The notes: generated by a model from the letters alone, not told the origin. 53,276 bases of DNA from an uncultured bacterium (GCA_963923835.1 CAWUMA010000001.1:1-53276); one strand, 5' to 3'. Shown: positions 9,081 to 18,802, counted from the first letter of the stretch. A program made the numbers and translations.

Positions 9081-10448
9081 ATGACGCAGATTGAAAACGA
9101 CCACAACCGATCGGCGTCGTCACCGGGGCGCGTGCCGCCGAGTGCCATGGAGGCCGAAGAGTCTCTGCTCGGTGCGATGTTGCTGTCGCACGATGCGGTG
9201 TTGATCGCCGCCGAGACCGTTGATGCCGAGGACTTCTACCGTCCGATGCACGGACAAATCTTCAGTGCGGTTCTCGCCCTCGCCCAGGCCGGTGAGCCGG
9301 TCGACTACGTCACCGTGCAGGCCAAGTTGCAAGAGCACGGCGCGCAGTCCATCGAGCTGAGCATCCTGTCGTCGCTGCAAATCAACACGCCCTCGGCGAG
9401 TAACGCGCAGCACTACGCCGACCTGGTGCGTGAGAAGGCGCAGCAGCGCCGCCTGATTGCGGTGGCCGGGTCCATCGTCGACGACGCCTACGTTCCCACC
9501 GACGATGTCGCCGGACTGATTGACGACGCCGAGAGAAAGATCAACCAGATTGGCGACCGTCGTCGGTTCGACTCGGTCACCGAGTTGCACAGTTTGTTGC
9601 TCGCCGAAGCTGACATCCTGGAACAACGGGGTGAACTCCGCGGACGTATCAACGGCCTCGAGACCGGATACCGCCAACTCGACGCAATGGTGCAGGGTCT
9701 CCAGCCCACGTCTCTCACCATCGTTGGCGCGCGACCGAGTGCCGGTAAGACCGCTTTTGCTCTGGGCATTTTGACCCACGTGGGCGCCGTCGTGAAGCGT
9801 CCGGCACTGTTCTTTTCGTTGGAAATGGGCAGTCAGGAATTGGCCGAGCGTGTGTTGGCCTCGACCGCGCGCATCGACTCATCCAAGCTGCGCACCGGCA
9901 ACCTCAACGAAGCCGACTGGAACCGCGCCCAGGACGCCTTCACCTATTTGCAGTCGGCGAAGATCTTCATCGACGACAATCCCGCGCTGACGGTGATGGA
10001 CATTCGTGCCCGCGCCCGACGCATCAAGCAGCAAAACGGCGACCTGGGCGTCATCATCATCGACTACCTCCAGCTCATGACGTCGCGGAGCCGGGCCGAG
10101 AATCGCCAGGTAGAGGTGTCGGAGATGAGCCGCGCGTTGAAGATTCTCGCCCGTGAGTTGGAATGCCCCGTCATCGCCCTGTCCCAGTTGTCGCGAAAGC
10201 TCGAGGAACGGTCGGACAAGCGACCCATCATGTCGGACCTTCGTGAGTCGGGATCGCTGGAACAAGACGCCGACGTGGTGCTGTTTATTCACCGCCCTGA
10301 GCAGTTCGGTCAGGTCCCCAACGACCAGATTTCCAACGCCGAAATCATCGTGGGCAAGAACCGAAACGGCCCGACCGGTTCAGCTCACCTGACCTGGCGG
10401 GGCGAGTTCGCACGCTTCGACAACATCGCCGACGCGGGCGCCGTCTAG
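9081..10448 (+). CDS. dnaB: Replicative DNA helicase, no intein
   Basis: VPPSAMEAEESLLG, GARPSAGKT, FSLEM, IIDYLQLM, LSQLSR, SDLRESGSLEQDAD, KNRNGPTG. Confidence 0.98.
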   Translation: MTQIENDHNRSASSPGRVPPSAMEAEESLLGAMLLSHDAVLIAAETVDAEDFYRPMHGQIFSAVLALAQAGEPVDYVTVQAKLQEHGAQSIELSILSSLQINTPSASNAQHYADLVREKAQQRRLIAVAGSIVDDAYVPTDDVAGLIDDAERKINQIGDRRRFDSVTELHSLLLAEADILEQRGELRGRINGLETGYRQLDAMVQGLQPTSLTIVGARPSAGKTAFALGILTHVGAVVKRPALFFSLEMGSQELAERVLASTARIDSSKLRTGNLNEADWNRAQDAFTYLQSAKIFIDDNPALTVMDIRARARRIKQQNGDLGVIIIDYLQLMTSRSRAENRQVEVSEMSRALKILARELECPVIALSQLSRKLEERSDKRPIMSDLRESGSLEQDADVVLFIHRPEQFGQVPNDQISNAEIIVGKNRNGPTGSAHLTWRGEFARFDNIADAGAV

Positions 10449-11392
10449 TTCGACACGGCTTCGTCACAGAGTTCCCACAACCTCTGCGCACTCTCGGGGT
10501 CGAGGGCGTGGGGCATGACGCCGGTCATAGGCGATGATGCGTCCCACGGCTTGGCTTCCTGACAGTCCTCGAAGTAGTGACCGCCCACCCCCGCGAGATC
10601 GGGACTCGTGGCCACCCACGTTGCGGTCGAAGCACCCTGCGCCGGCGTTTTGAAGAGGGGGTTGGGCTCGCCGTGCTCGTCCACCCAGCCGCGGGACCGA
10701 ATCTCCTCCTCGGTCATGTGCTTCTGCAAGCCCGTCATGATGCCGCCGGGGTGGACGGCGTTGGCGAAGAGCCCGTCGCCGGCGTAGTGGGCCGTGAGAG
10801 CCACTCCCAGGAGCGAGCAGGCCGACTTGCTCTGGCCGTAACTGACCCACGGGTCGTAAGGGCGGGTGGTGAAGTGGGGATCGTCGAAATCGACGCCCGC
10901 GATGCGGTGCGCAATGGAGCTGAGCATGACGACCCGCGATCCGTCGTTCGCCCGGCGGAGATTCTCCAGAAGCGACGTGACCAGGACGAAGTGGCCGATG
11001 GCGTTCGTGCCCAGTTGGAGTTCGAAGCCGTCGACGGTCCGCCCGGCCGGGGTGGCCATGATGCCGGCGTTGGCCACCAGGATGTCGAGCGGACCGGTGA
11101 GCGTGGCGGCGTAGGCGCGCACGGATGCGACACTCCCCAGGTCCATGGCACCCAGGACGAAGTTGGCTCCAGGGAGGTCACGGGTGAGTTCGTCGACCAC
11201 GGCTTGACCACGTGTGGTGTCGCGCACGGGGAGGTGCACCGTGGCCCCAGCTGAGGCCAGGGCCCGGGCGGTCTCCACGCCCAATCCACTCGTGGCGCCG
11301 GTGACCAGGGCGTGTCGGCCGCGAAGGTCGATTCCCTCCACCACGTCGAGCGAACTCGAGCGATACCCAAATTGCGATGTGATCAGATCCAT
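10445..11392 (-). CDS. SDR oxidoreductase (retinol dehydrogenase/WWOX-like)
   Basis: TGATSGLG, NAGIM, DGFELQLGTN, YGQSK, AVHPGGIMT. Confidence 0.92.
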   Translation of the reverse strand: MDLITSQFGYRSSSLDVVEGIDLRGRHALVTGATSGLGVETARALASAGATVHLPVRDTTRGQAVVDELTRDLPGANFVLGAMDLGSVASVRAYAATLTGPLDILVANAGIMATPAGRTVDGFELQLGTNAIGHFVLVTSLLENLRRANDGSRVVMLSSIAHRIAGVDFDDPHFTTRPYDPWVSYGQSKSACSLLGVALTAHYAGDGLFANAVHPGGIMTGLQKHMTEEEIRSRGWVDEHGEPNPLFKTPAQGASTATWVATSPDLAGVGGHYFEDCQEAKPWDASSPMTGVMPHALDPESAQRLWELCDEAVSN

Positions 11393-11411
11393 GATTGTCC
11401 TCCGTGAAAAT

Positions 11412-11443
11412 CACAACACCGGGGCTTTCGCCCCGGTGTTGTG
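11412..11443. terminator. Hairpin between the two SDR genes
   Basis: 14-bp stem CACAACACCGGGGC-TTTC-GCCCCGGTGTTGTG. Confidence 0.7.
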
Positions 11444-11465
11444 GAGATGATGTGAATCGGTTCGA

Positions 11466-12242
11466 CTATTTCGGCTGCATGCGGATGCCGGCGTCGAGAC
11501 GAATCGACTCGGCGTTCATGTAGCTGTTCGAGAGCAGCTCGACCGCCAGGGTCGCGAACTCCTCCGAGTAGCCCAGACGCTTCGGGAACAACACGCCCTG
11601 GCCGAGGCGGGCCTTGAACTCATCGCTCTGCGGGCCGCTGCCGTAGATCGGGGTGTCGATGAGGCCGGGCAGGATGCAGTTGGCGCGCACACCGATGGGC
11701 GTGAGGTCACGGGCCAGGGGCAGGGTGAGGCCGACCACGCCACCCTTCGACGACGAGTAGGCGACCTGGCCGATCTGACCGTCCTCGGCGGCGACCGAGG
11801 CGGTGTTCACGATGGCCCCACGCGCACCGTCCACGTCGGGGGTGTTGTGGCTCATCGCGGTGGCCGCGAGACGGCACACGTTGAAGGTGCCCACCAGGTT
11901 GATCTCGATGACCTTGCGGTAGAGATCGAGGTCGTGGGCCGAGGCGTACTCGCCGTCCTTGCCGACGGTGCGCGTCGCCCAGCCGATACCGGCGCAGTTG
12001 ACGGCCGACCACAGCGGGGCCATTTTCTTGGCGGCCTCGATGGCTTCGATGACCTGGTCGGTGTTGGTCACGTCGCAGTGGACGTAGACGCCACCGATTT
12101 CCTTCGCGACTTCCTGGCCACGGTCATCCTTGAGGTCGGCGATGACGACCTTGACGCCGCGCTGGGCGAGCAGGCGGGCGGTGGCCTCACCGAGGCCCGA
12201 GGCGCCACCGGTGACGACGGCCGACGTGTTCTTCAATTCCAT
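11466..12242 (-). CDS. SDR, 3-hydroxyacyl-CoA dehydrogenase type II (HSD10-like)
   Basis: TGGASGLG, VNCAGI, INLVGTFNV, NTASVAA.DGQIGQVAYSSSKGG, IRLDAGIRM. Confidence 0.92.
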   Translation of the reverse strand: MELKNTSAVVTGGASGLGEATARLLAQRGVKVVIADLKDDRGQEVAKEIGGVYVHCDVTNTDQVIEAIEAAKKMAPLWSAVNCAGIGWATRTVGKDGEYASAHDLDLYRKVIEINLVGTFNVCRLAATAMSHNTPDVDGARGAIVNTASVAAEDGQIGQVAYSSSKGGVVGLTLPLARDLTPIGVRANCILPGLIDTPIYGSGPQSDEFKARLGQGVLFPKRLGYSEEFATLAVELLSNSYMNAESIRLDAGIRMQPK

Positions 12243-12303
12243 GACTGGCTCCCTGAGAGTTGGACAGGCATAAAGTCAAGCAGAATCCGGCCCGGATGTG
12301 TCA

Positions 12304-12345
12304 CGGCCCCCGTACCCCCAAGGGGAGGAGGGGGTGCGGGGGCCG
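12304..12345. terminator. Long GC hairpin downstream of the small ORF
   Basis: CGGCCCCCGTACCCCC-AAGGGGAGGA-GGGGGTGCGGGGGCCG, 16-bp stem with one non-Watson-Crick position. Confidence 0.55.
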
Positions 12346-12365
12346 ACGATTCCGGGAACTCGCCG

Positions 12366-12518
12366 TTAGACGGCTACGAGCTCACCATCGTTGACGTGCT
12401 CAGTCGCGGTCTGCTCCTGGTGCGCCTGGTGGCTGTGGATGATGGCAGATGAGGCCGCCGCGAGGGCGACGCCGACGCCGAGGGCCGCCAGAACGGCTCC
12501 GATTCCTAAGGCCAACAT
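12366..12518 (-). CDS. Small 50-aa membrane or secreted protein
   Basis: Manual translation MLALGIGAVLAALGVGVALAAASSAIIHSHQAHQEQTATEHVNDGELVAV*; strong SD AGAAAGGA upstream, TAGGGT -10-like hexamer, downstream hairpin. Confidence 0.7.
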   Translation of the reverse strand: MLALGIGAVLAALGVGVALAAASSAIIHSHQAHQEQTATEHVNDGELVAV

Positions 12519-12646
12519 GGTGTTCCTTTCTCTTGTTGGTGAGAGCCACCCTACGAATCGTGTCTAAGAGCAGTGTGAGGGAAAATTTCGTCGTAAATAA
12601 GAAGTTGCCGGAAAAAGTCCCTGGTCGCTCTCGTAACGTGGCGGAC

Positions 12647-13723
12647 GTGGCCTCGCTCTACGAACTGACCCGCGACGACCTGGCCACGGCGCTCGGTGCG
12701 GGGCCCAAGTACCGGGTTGATCAGCTCTGGGACGGCCTGTGGCGCGAGGCCCGGACGGTCGGGGAGATCACCACCCTGCCCGGTTCGCTGCGAACCCGCC
12801 TCGCCGAGCAGTTCCCTCCGTCGTTAAAGGTCGTGAACGACGTGAGTTCGGACCAGGGTTCGACCCGCAAGTGGGTCTTCGAACTCGAAGGTGGCGCCAC
12901 CATTGAAACGGTCCTCATGGCTTACGACGACCGGGTCACCGTGTGCGTGTCCAGTCAGGCCGGCTGCGCCATGAACTGTTCGTTCTGCGCCACGGGACAG
13001 GCCGGCTTCACCCGCCACCTGCGCGTGGGTGAAGTTCTCGAACAGGTTCTTTTCGCCGCCCGTGAGGCCGCACCCCGTCGGTTGTCCAATGTCGTCTTCA
13101 TGGGGATGGGCGAACCGCTCGCGAACTACGACGTCACCGTTGAAGTGGTGCGCCGACTCCACGAGTTCCGTGGCATGTCGGCGCGTCATCTCACGGTCTC
13201 CACCGTGGGTGTGGCCCCGGCCATCGAGCGCCTCGCCCGGGAGGGACTACCCCTGACATTGGCCGTCAGTTTGCACGCGGCTAATGACGAGACGCGCGAC
13301 CAACTCGTGCCACTGAACAAGCGCTACAACCTCGAGCGCCTGCGCGCCGCCTGTGAGGACTGGAACGAGACGACAGGACGGCGACTGAGTTTCGAGTGGG
13401 CACTCATCGACGGGGTGAACGACACCGACCGCGCGCTGGAGGAACTCGCCCGGTACGCCCGGCCGTTGCACGCGCACGTCAATCTCATTCCGCTCAACCC
13501 CACGCCCGGGTATCTGGTGATGGGCACGCCGATGGAGCGGGTGCGTGAATTCCGTGACGGGCTCGAAGCCCGCGGCGTGACCGCCACGGTGCGCCGCACC
13601 CGCGGTCGCTCCATCGACGCGGCGTGCGGTCAGCTGGCCGCCGTGACCAACGCCAAGCGTCGGTCAGTGGGTCTCCGCCAGCGAACGCTGCCACCAGAAC
13701 TCGCGCCGGCGCCACACGAGTAG
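12647..13723 (+). CDS. rlmN: Dual-specificity 23S rRNA (A2503)/tRNA C2-methyltransferase, radical SAM
   Basis: IETVLM, CVSSQAGCAMNCSFCATG, FMGMGEPL, VSLHA, VNLIPLNP, IDAACGQL; start reassigned to GTG 12647. Confidence 0.95.
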   Translation: MASLYELTRDDLATALGAGPKYRVDQLWDGLWREARTVGEITTLPGSLRTRLAEQFPPSLKVVNDVSSDQGSTRKWVFELEGGATIETVLMAYDDRVTVCVSSQAGCAMNCSFCATGQAGFTRHLRVGEVLEQVLFAAREAAPRRLSNVVFMGMGEPLANYDVTVEVVRRLHEFRGMSARHLTVSTVGVAPAIERLAREGLPLTLAVSLHAANDETRDQLVPLNKRYNLERLRAACEDWNETTGRRLSFEWALIDGVNDTDRALEELARYARPLHAHVNLIPLNPTPGYLVMGTPMERVREFRDGLEARGVTATVRRTRGRSIDAACGQLAAVTNAKRRSVGLRQRTLPPELAPAPHE

Positions 13724-14899
13724 GGCGGCGCCGGCCACACAGGCCAGTCCGCCCGACACGATGGAGAACCGGGTTCCAGCCAGTCGCGCCACGAGACCCG
13801 ACTCGAGATCACCCAGTCTCGGCCCGCCGGTGACGACCGCGGTCTGAATCGACGACACGCGGCTTCGGAAGTCGTCGCTGATGGCGTTCTGGAGAATCGT
13901 GTTGCGCAAGACGGTGGAGATCACGTCCATGGCGCCCGCTACGGCCAGGCAGACAATCGCGACCGCCACGACGTGGACGGCGCCGAAGAGCGCCATGGCG
14001 GCACCCCAGGCCACCACCACGAGCACCACGAGGCGTCCCTGACGGGTGACCCGGGCCAACCACCCGGTGAGAAATGCCATCACGACGGCGCCGATGCCCG
14101 GGGCGGCGTACAGGAGTCCGAGTAGTCGCGGTCCGCCGTGGTATTCAGTGAGCGCGATGGCGGGGAACAGTGCACGCGGCAAGCCAAACACCATCGCGTT
14201 GAGATCGATCAAATACACCGACTGCGCCACCCGGTGCGAGCGCACGTAGGCGATGCCCTCAGCGATTGACTGGCGCAACGACGTCGATGCCGCGGCGCCC
14301 GACGGGGGAATGGGTCGGAACAACACCGTCGCGCCGGCCAGGGCGAGGAAAGTGCCGGCGTCGACGAGGTAACACCACGACAGTCCCACGCCAGCCAACA
14401 ACAGACCGGCCAGTGACGGCCCGGCCACTACTGACACATTCATCATCACTTGATTCAGTCCGTAGGCGGCCACGAGTTCGTCGGGGGCAACCAATCGGGG
14501 GATGATCGCCGCACGAAGCGGCCCGGCAAACCCACCGGCGCCAGCGGCGAGCGCGGCGAGGAGCAGCACGACGACGAGAGGACTGCCCGTCCACCACGCA
14601 TTGAATCCGAGCGCTGTGCCGAGCAGGGTTTGCACGAGGGCCACCGCAATCATCAAACGACGTCGGTCGTGTTGATCACCGGCCGCCCCACCCCACAGCG
14701 ACCCGGCGATGAGGAATGGAAGTTGGATGACGCTCGCCGCGCCGACCCACAGTGACGAGTGCGTGTCGCGGTACACCTGAAAGGGAACCGCGACGAGCGT
14801 GACGTTACTGCCGAGTAACGACACAAATTGACTGATGAACAAAAGTCGAAAGTCCCGACGCGTGCGTAACGGCGTGATGTCGACGAACAGCCTGGACAT
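13664..14899 (-). CDS. MFS transporter (EntS/YbdA-like)
   Basis: FVDITPLR..RDFRLLF, DLNAMVFGLPRALFP, GGPRLGDLESG; about 12 hydrophobic segments. Confidence 0.88.
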   Translation of the reverse strand: MSRLFVDITPLRTRRDFRLLFISQFVSLLGSNVTLVAVPFQVYRDTHSSLWVGAASVIQLPFLIAGSLWGGAAGDQHDRRRLMIAVALVQTLLGTALGFNAWWTGSPLVVVLLLAALAAGAGGFAGPLRAAIIPRLVAPDELVAAYGLNQVMMNVSVVAGPSLAGLLLAGVGLSWCYLVDAGTFLALAGATVLFRPIPPSGAAASTSLRQSIAEGIAYVRSHRVAQSVYLIDLNAMVFGLPRALFPAIALTEYHGGPRLLGLLYAAPGIGAVVMAFLTGWLARVTRQGRLVVLVVVAWGAAMALFGAVHVVAVAIVCLAVAGAMDVISTVLRNTILQNAISDDFRSRVSSIQTAVVTGGPRLGDLESGLVARLAGTRFSIVSGGLACVAGAALLVWRRREFWWQRSLAETH

Positions 14900-14950
14900 T
14901 GCACGAGCGTAGAGGGGTATCGTGGAGTAGGGAAATTACGAGGAGACACG

Positions 14951-16015
14951 GTGTTCGAGGAGCAGTTAGTTCAGCTAGTTACCCCCGAGGGTGAGCGAGT
15001 GGAACACCCCGAATACGAGTCCACCTTGGGTCGTGACGACATCTTCGGTTTGTATCGCGACATGGTCATCATCCGTCGAATCTGTAGTGAAGCGACGTCG
15101 TTGCAGCGTCAGGGACAGTTGGCGCTGTGGGCACCGATTCAGGGTCAAGAAGCGGCCCAGATCGGCGTGGGTCGGGCTCTCGCGCCACACGATTTCACCT
15201 TTCCGACCTACCGGGAACACGGCATCGCGTGGTGTCGCGGCGTGCCGCCCGCCGACATGTTGCGCCTCTTCCGCGCCACGTCAAACGGGGGTTGGGACGC
15301 GCAGCGCTATCGCCATTCGGTTCCGACCATCGTGCTGGGTAACCAGGCTCTCCACGCCGTCGGCTACGCCATGGGTATTCAGCGCGACGGCGCGGAGGAA
15401 GCGGCGGTCACGTTCTTCGGTGACGGTGCGTCGAGCCAGGGTGACGTTCTCGAGTCATTCGTGTGGGCCGCCTCTTTTGACGCCCCGGTCGTGTTCGTCT
15501 GTCAGAACAACCAGTGGGGCATCTCGACGCCGATGTCACGTCAGTCGAAGATTCCCCTCTACCACCGCGCTCAGGGCTTCGGGTTCCCCGGCGTGCGGGT
15601 GGACGGCAACGACGTGCTGGCGATGTACGAGGTCTCGCGTCGACTGTTGGAAAACGCCCGTGCCGGCGCCGGTCCGTCTCTCATCGAGGCGTACACGTAC
15701 CGCATGGGTGCCCACACGACGTCGGACGACCCCACGCGATACCGTATTGACGCCGAAGTCGAGGTCTGGAAGCACCGCGACCCCATCGCCCGTGTCAAGG
15801 CCTTGTTGACCCGTGAACACAAGATGAAGAAGGCCGAATTCGATGTGGTCGACGAAGAAGCCGACGCAATCGCCCTGCAACTTCGCACCGACGTTCTCGC
15901 GATGGATCGGCCCAACCCGCTCACCATGTTCGACAACGTCTACGCCGCACCGCATCCCTATATCGACGAAGGCCGGCGCGACATGATTGAACTCGGCGTG
16001 GGAGGTGAACAGTGA
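14951..16015 (+). CDS. pdhA: 2-oxoacid (pyruvate/branched-chain) dehydrogenase E1 alpha
   Basis: LQRQGQL, GQEAAQ, FPTYRE, TPP motif FGDGA...QNNQWGIS, YRMGAHTTSDDP; could be bkdA. Confidence 0.92.
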   Translation: MFEEQLVQLVTPEGERVEHPEYESTLGRDDIFGLYRDMVIIRRICSEATSLQRQGQLALWAPIQGQEAAQIGVGRALAPHDFTFPTYREHGIAWCRGVPPADMLRLFRATSNGGWDAQRYRHSVPTIVLGNQALHAVGYAMGIQRDGAEEAAVTFFGDGASSQGDVLESFVWAASFDAPVVFVCQNNQWGISTPMSRQSKIPLYHRAQGFGFPGVRVDGNDVLAMYEVSRRLLENARAGAGPSLIEAYTYRMGAHTTSDDPTRYRIDAEVEVWKHRDPIARVKALLTREHKMKKAEFDVVDEEADAIALQLRTDVLAMDRPNPLTMFDNVYAAPHPYIDEGRRDMIELGVGGEQ

Positions 16016-16989
16016 CCACCACGATGACCATGGCCAAAGCGCTGAACGAGGGTCTGCGGCGCGCCATGGAAGAGGACAAGAAGGTTCTGCTCAGTGGCGA
16101 AGACATTGGCCGGCTCGGTGGCGTGTTCCGCATCACCGACGGACTGCAGAAGGACTTCGGCGAGGACCGTGTCATTGATGCCCCACTGGCCGAATCGGCC
16201 ATTGTTGGCACGGCGGTGGGTCTGTGCATCCGTGGTTACCGGCCCGTGCTCGAGATGCAGTTCGACGGATTCGTGTACCCGGCCTTCGACCAGATTGTCA
16301 GTCAGGTCGCCAAGCTGCACAAGCGCAGCGACGGTGTCTACAACATGTCGATGGTGATTCGTCTGCCCTTTCAGGGGGGCATTGGGGCCATTGAGCACCA
16401 CTCCGAGTCGCCTGAGGCCTATTTCGTGCACACCGGCGGTCTGCGCGTGGTGGCCTGCTCCACACCTCACGACGCCTACTGGATGATTCAGGAGTCGATT
16501 CGCCACGACGACCCCGTGATCTTCTGTGAACCGAAGTCGCGTTATTGGGAGAAGGGGGAGGTTGACACCGACCTTCCAGGCCCGGGTCTGTTCGACGCCG
16601 TGGTGCGCCGCGAGGGCACCGACGTCACCCTCTTCGCGTACGGATCGACCGTCAAGACCGCACTGCGCGCCGCCGAATTCGCGGCGACGGAGGGTCGTTC
16701 GGTGGAGGTGGTCGACCTGCGCTCTCTGTCACCACTCGACCTACCAACGTTGCAGTCTTCGGTCGAAAAAACCGGCCGTTTCGTGGTCGTGCAAGAAGCC
16801 GCGCCCCAGGCCTCGGTCGGCAGTGACGTGGTGGCACGACTGACCGAGTCGTGCTTCTACTCCCTGGCGGCTCCCGGGGTGATTGTCGGGGGTTACCCGA
16901 TTCCTTATCCGCCGTCGCGGCTCGAGGAAGACTTCCGCCCGTCGGTTGACCGGGTGATGGATGGCATCGACCGGGTGATGGGGTTCTGA
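16012..16989 (+). CDS. pdhB: 2-oxoacid dehydrogenase E1 beta
   Basis: GEDIGRLGGVFRITDGL, DAPLAES, EHHSESPEA, VDLRSLSPLD. Confidence 0.92.
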   Translation: MTTTMTMAKALNEGLRRAMEEDKKVLLSGEDIGRLGGVFRITDGLQKDFGEDRVIDAPLAESAIVGTAVGLCIRGYRPVLEMQFDGFVYPAFDQIVSQVAKLHKRSDGVYNMSMVIRLPFQGGIGAIEHHSESPEAYFVHTGGLRVVACSTPHDAYWMIQESIRHDDPVIFCEPKSRYWEKGEVDTDLPGPGLFDAVVRREGTDVTLFAYGSTVKTALRAAEFAATEGRSVEVVDLRSLSPLDLPTLQSSVEKTGRFVVVQEAAPQASVGSDVVARLTESCFYSLAAPGVIVGGYPIPYPPSRLEEDFRPSVDRVMDGIDRVMGF

Positions 16990-18353
16990 TGGCCGACGAA
17001 GTATTCCTGCTGCCCGACGTGGGTGAAGGCCTCGTGGAGGCCGACATCGTGACCTGGAAGGTGAAGGTCGGTGACGTGGTCACCTTGAACCAGCCCCTCG
17101 TTGATGTGGAGACGGCCAAGGCCACCGTGGAACTCCCCAGTCCCTACGCGGGCACCGTGGTGACGTTGCACGCCCACGAAGGTGACACCGTCGCGGTGCA
17201 CTCCCCGCTCATCACCATCGCGACGTCTGGCGCGTCCGCTGCTCCCGCGAGCGCTCCGACCGAAGAGCCCACATCGGCCAAGGCCTTTGGAGAGGGACGT
17301 CAAGCAGTTCTCATCGGATACGGCGTGGCCGACGAGGGTGCCGTGACGTCGCGCCGCCGTCGCAACGGAGGTTCTGCTCCAGTCGCTCCCGTGGTCCCAT
17401 CTCCCGTGGAGACCGCTCGTCCCGCCGTGGCGACCAGGTCAACACCCCCCGTGCGCCTGTACGCCAAGCAACACGGAGTGGACGTGTCGCAGTTGGTGGG
17501 CACCGGCCGTGACGGACTCGTGACCCGCGCCGACGTGGAGCGTGCCTTGTCCGGGGCCGCCGCGCCGACAGTGGGCCGCCTGGCTACTCCGGTTCCGCCG
17601 ACGTCCACCACGCGCTTCGCCGGCCGGGATCTGGCGTCGTGGTCTGACGGCCCTCTCGAAGAACGCATTCCCGTCAAGGGTGTCCTCAAGGCGATGGCCG
17701 AGTCGATGACCCAGAGCGGTCTCACCACCCCGCACGCCGCGGTGTGGATGCGCACCGACGCCACCGGCACGATGGATCTCCTCGCCCAGTTGAAGGAACG
17801 CCCGGCGTTAGCCGGTGTTCGCCTGTCACCGCTGGTGATTGTCGCGCTGGCACTCATTGACGCGGCGCGCCACTACCCGGCCATTAACTCAACCTTCGAC
17901 GCAGAAGCCGGTGAAGTGATTGTGCGGCGCAGTGTGAATCTGGGAATCGCCGCGGACACGCCACGGGGCTTGATTGTCCCCAATATCAAGGCGGCCGACA
18001 CGCTGGATTTGGTTTCGTTGTCTCACGCACTCACTGCGCTGGTCGACACGGCCCGTGCCGGCACGACCACTCCCGCGGACATGGCCCGCACCACATTGAC
18101 CATCACCAACGTGGGGCCCTTCGGCGTGGACGGCGCGGTTCCGATTCTGCCGCCGGGCACATCGGCCATCCTCGCCGTGGGTCGCATCGCCCCGATGCCG
18201 TGGGTCGTCGACGGTCAGGTGGTGGCTCGTCAGGTGGTCGAGTTGGCGATGTCTTTCGATCACCGACACGTCGATGGCGCACTCGCCTCTCGCGTGTTGG
18301 CGCACGTCGCTCGATTCCTCGAAGCGCCGGCCGCCCGGCTCATCGTCGGTTAA
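16989..18353 (+). CDS. pdhC: Dihydrolipoamide acyltransferase E2
   Basis: Lipoyl domain LPDVGEGL..VETAKA, subunit-binding domain GTGRDGLVTRADV, catalytic FDHRHVDGA. Confidence 0.92.
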   Translation: MADEVFLLPDVGEGLVEADIVTWKVKVGDVVTLNQPLVDVETAKATVELPSPYAGTVVTLHAHEGDTVAVHSPLITIATSGASAAPASAPTEEPTSAKAFGEGRQAVLIGYGVADEGAVTSRRRRNGGSAPVAPVVPSPVETARPAVATRSTPPVRLYAKQHGVDVSQLVGTGRDGLVTRADVERALSGAAAPTVGRLATPVPPTSTTRFAGRDLASWSDGPLEERIPVKGVLKAMAESMTQSGLTTPHAAVWMRTDATGTMDLLAQLKERPALAGVRLSPLVIVALALIDAARHYPAINSTFDAEAGEVIVRRSVNLGIAADTPRGLIVPNIKAADTLDLVSLSHALTALVDTARAGTTTPADMARTTLTITNVGPFGVDGAVPILPPGTSAILAVGRIAPMPWVVDGQVVARQVVELAMSFDHRHVDGALASRVLAHVARFLEAPAARLIVG

Positions 18354-18802
18354 CGACGGGCACGTAGAACAGCCAGCGCCTCGTCGGCGTGGGCGTCCAT
18401 CTTCGTTTCACTGGTGAAGCGGGCGAGAATCGTGCGGTCGCGATCGATGACGAAGGTGGTTCTGCGGACTTTGAGGAAGTCAAACGCACGCTTCACTCCG
18501 AAGAGACGCGCAACGTCGCCGTCGGAGTCGCTGAGCAGGGGGTAGTCGAAGTTGTGGGCGTCGGCGAAGCCCTTTTGGCGGTCGACTGAGTCCATCGAGA
18601 TTCCCACGCGCTGGGCGCCGACGGCCCGGAACTCTCCAGCCAGATCTCGAAAATGGCACGACTCCTTCGTGCAACCCGCCGTGCCGGCGGCTGGGTAGAA
18701 GAAAAGAACGACCGGTCCGTTGTTCAGCAGTTCACTCAGAGTTCGTGGCACGCCCGCTTGGTCGGGGAGCGTGAAGTCGGGTGCGATTTCGCCGGTTTCC
18801 AT
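18350..18802 (-). CDS. bcp: Peroxiredoxin, BCP/PrxQ family
   Basis: APDFTLPDQ, FFYPAAGTAGCTKESCHFRD, YPLLSD, RRTTFVID. Confidence 0.92.
   Translation of the reverse strand: METGEIAPDFTLPDQAGVPRTLSELLNNGPVVLFFYPAAGTAGCTKESCHFRDLAGEFRAVGAQRVGISMDSVDRQKGFADAHNFDYPLLSDSDGDVARLFGVKRAFDFLKVRRTTFVIDRDRTILARFTSETKMDAHADEALAVLRARR

Noticed and set aside
9081-10448. Possible intein in DnaB
   Set aside because: Length is 455 aa and the helicase motifs are contiguous
12304-12345. 6C RNA
   Set aside because: Only one C-rich hairpin is visible; 6C RNA needs two adjacent C-loop hairpins
12449-12646. N-terminal extension of RlmN in the ORF track
   Set aside because: It overlaps the opposite-strand small ORF and the AT-rich promoter region; homology begins near 12647
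13533-13541. TGGAGCGGG matching the tRNA-Gly 3' end as a possible att repeat
   Set aside because: Only 9 nt, inside intact rlmN, and there is no integrase in the window
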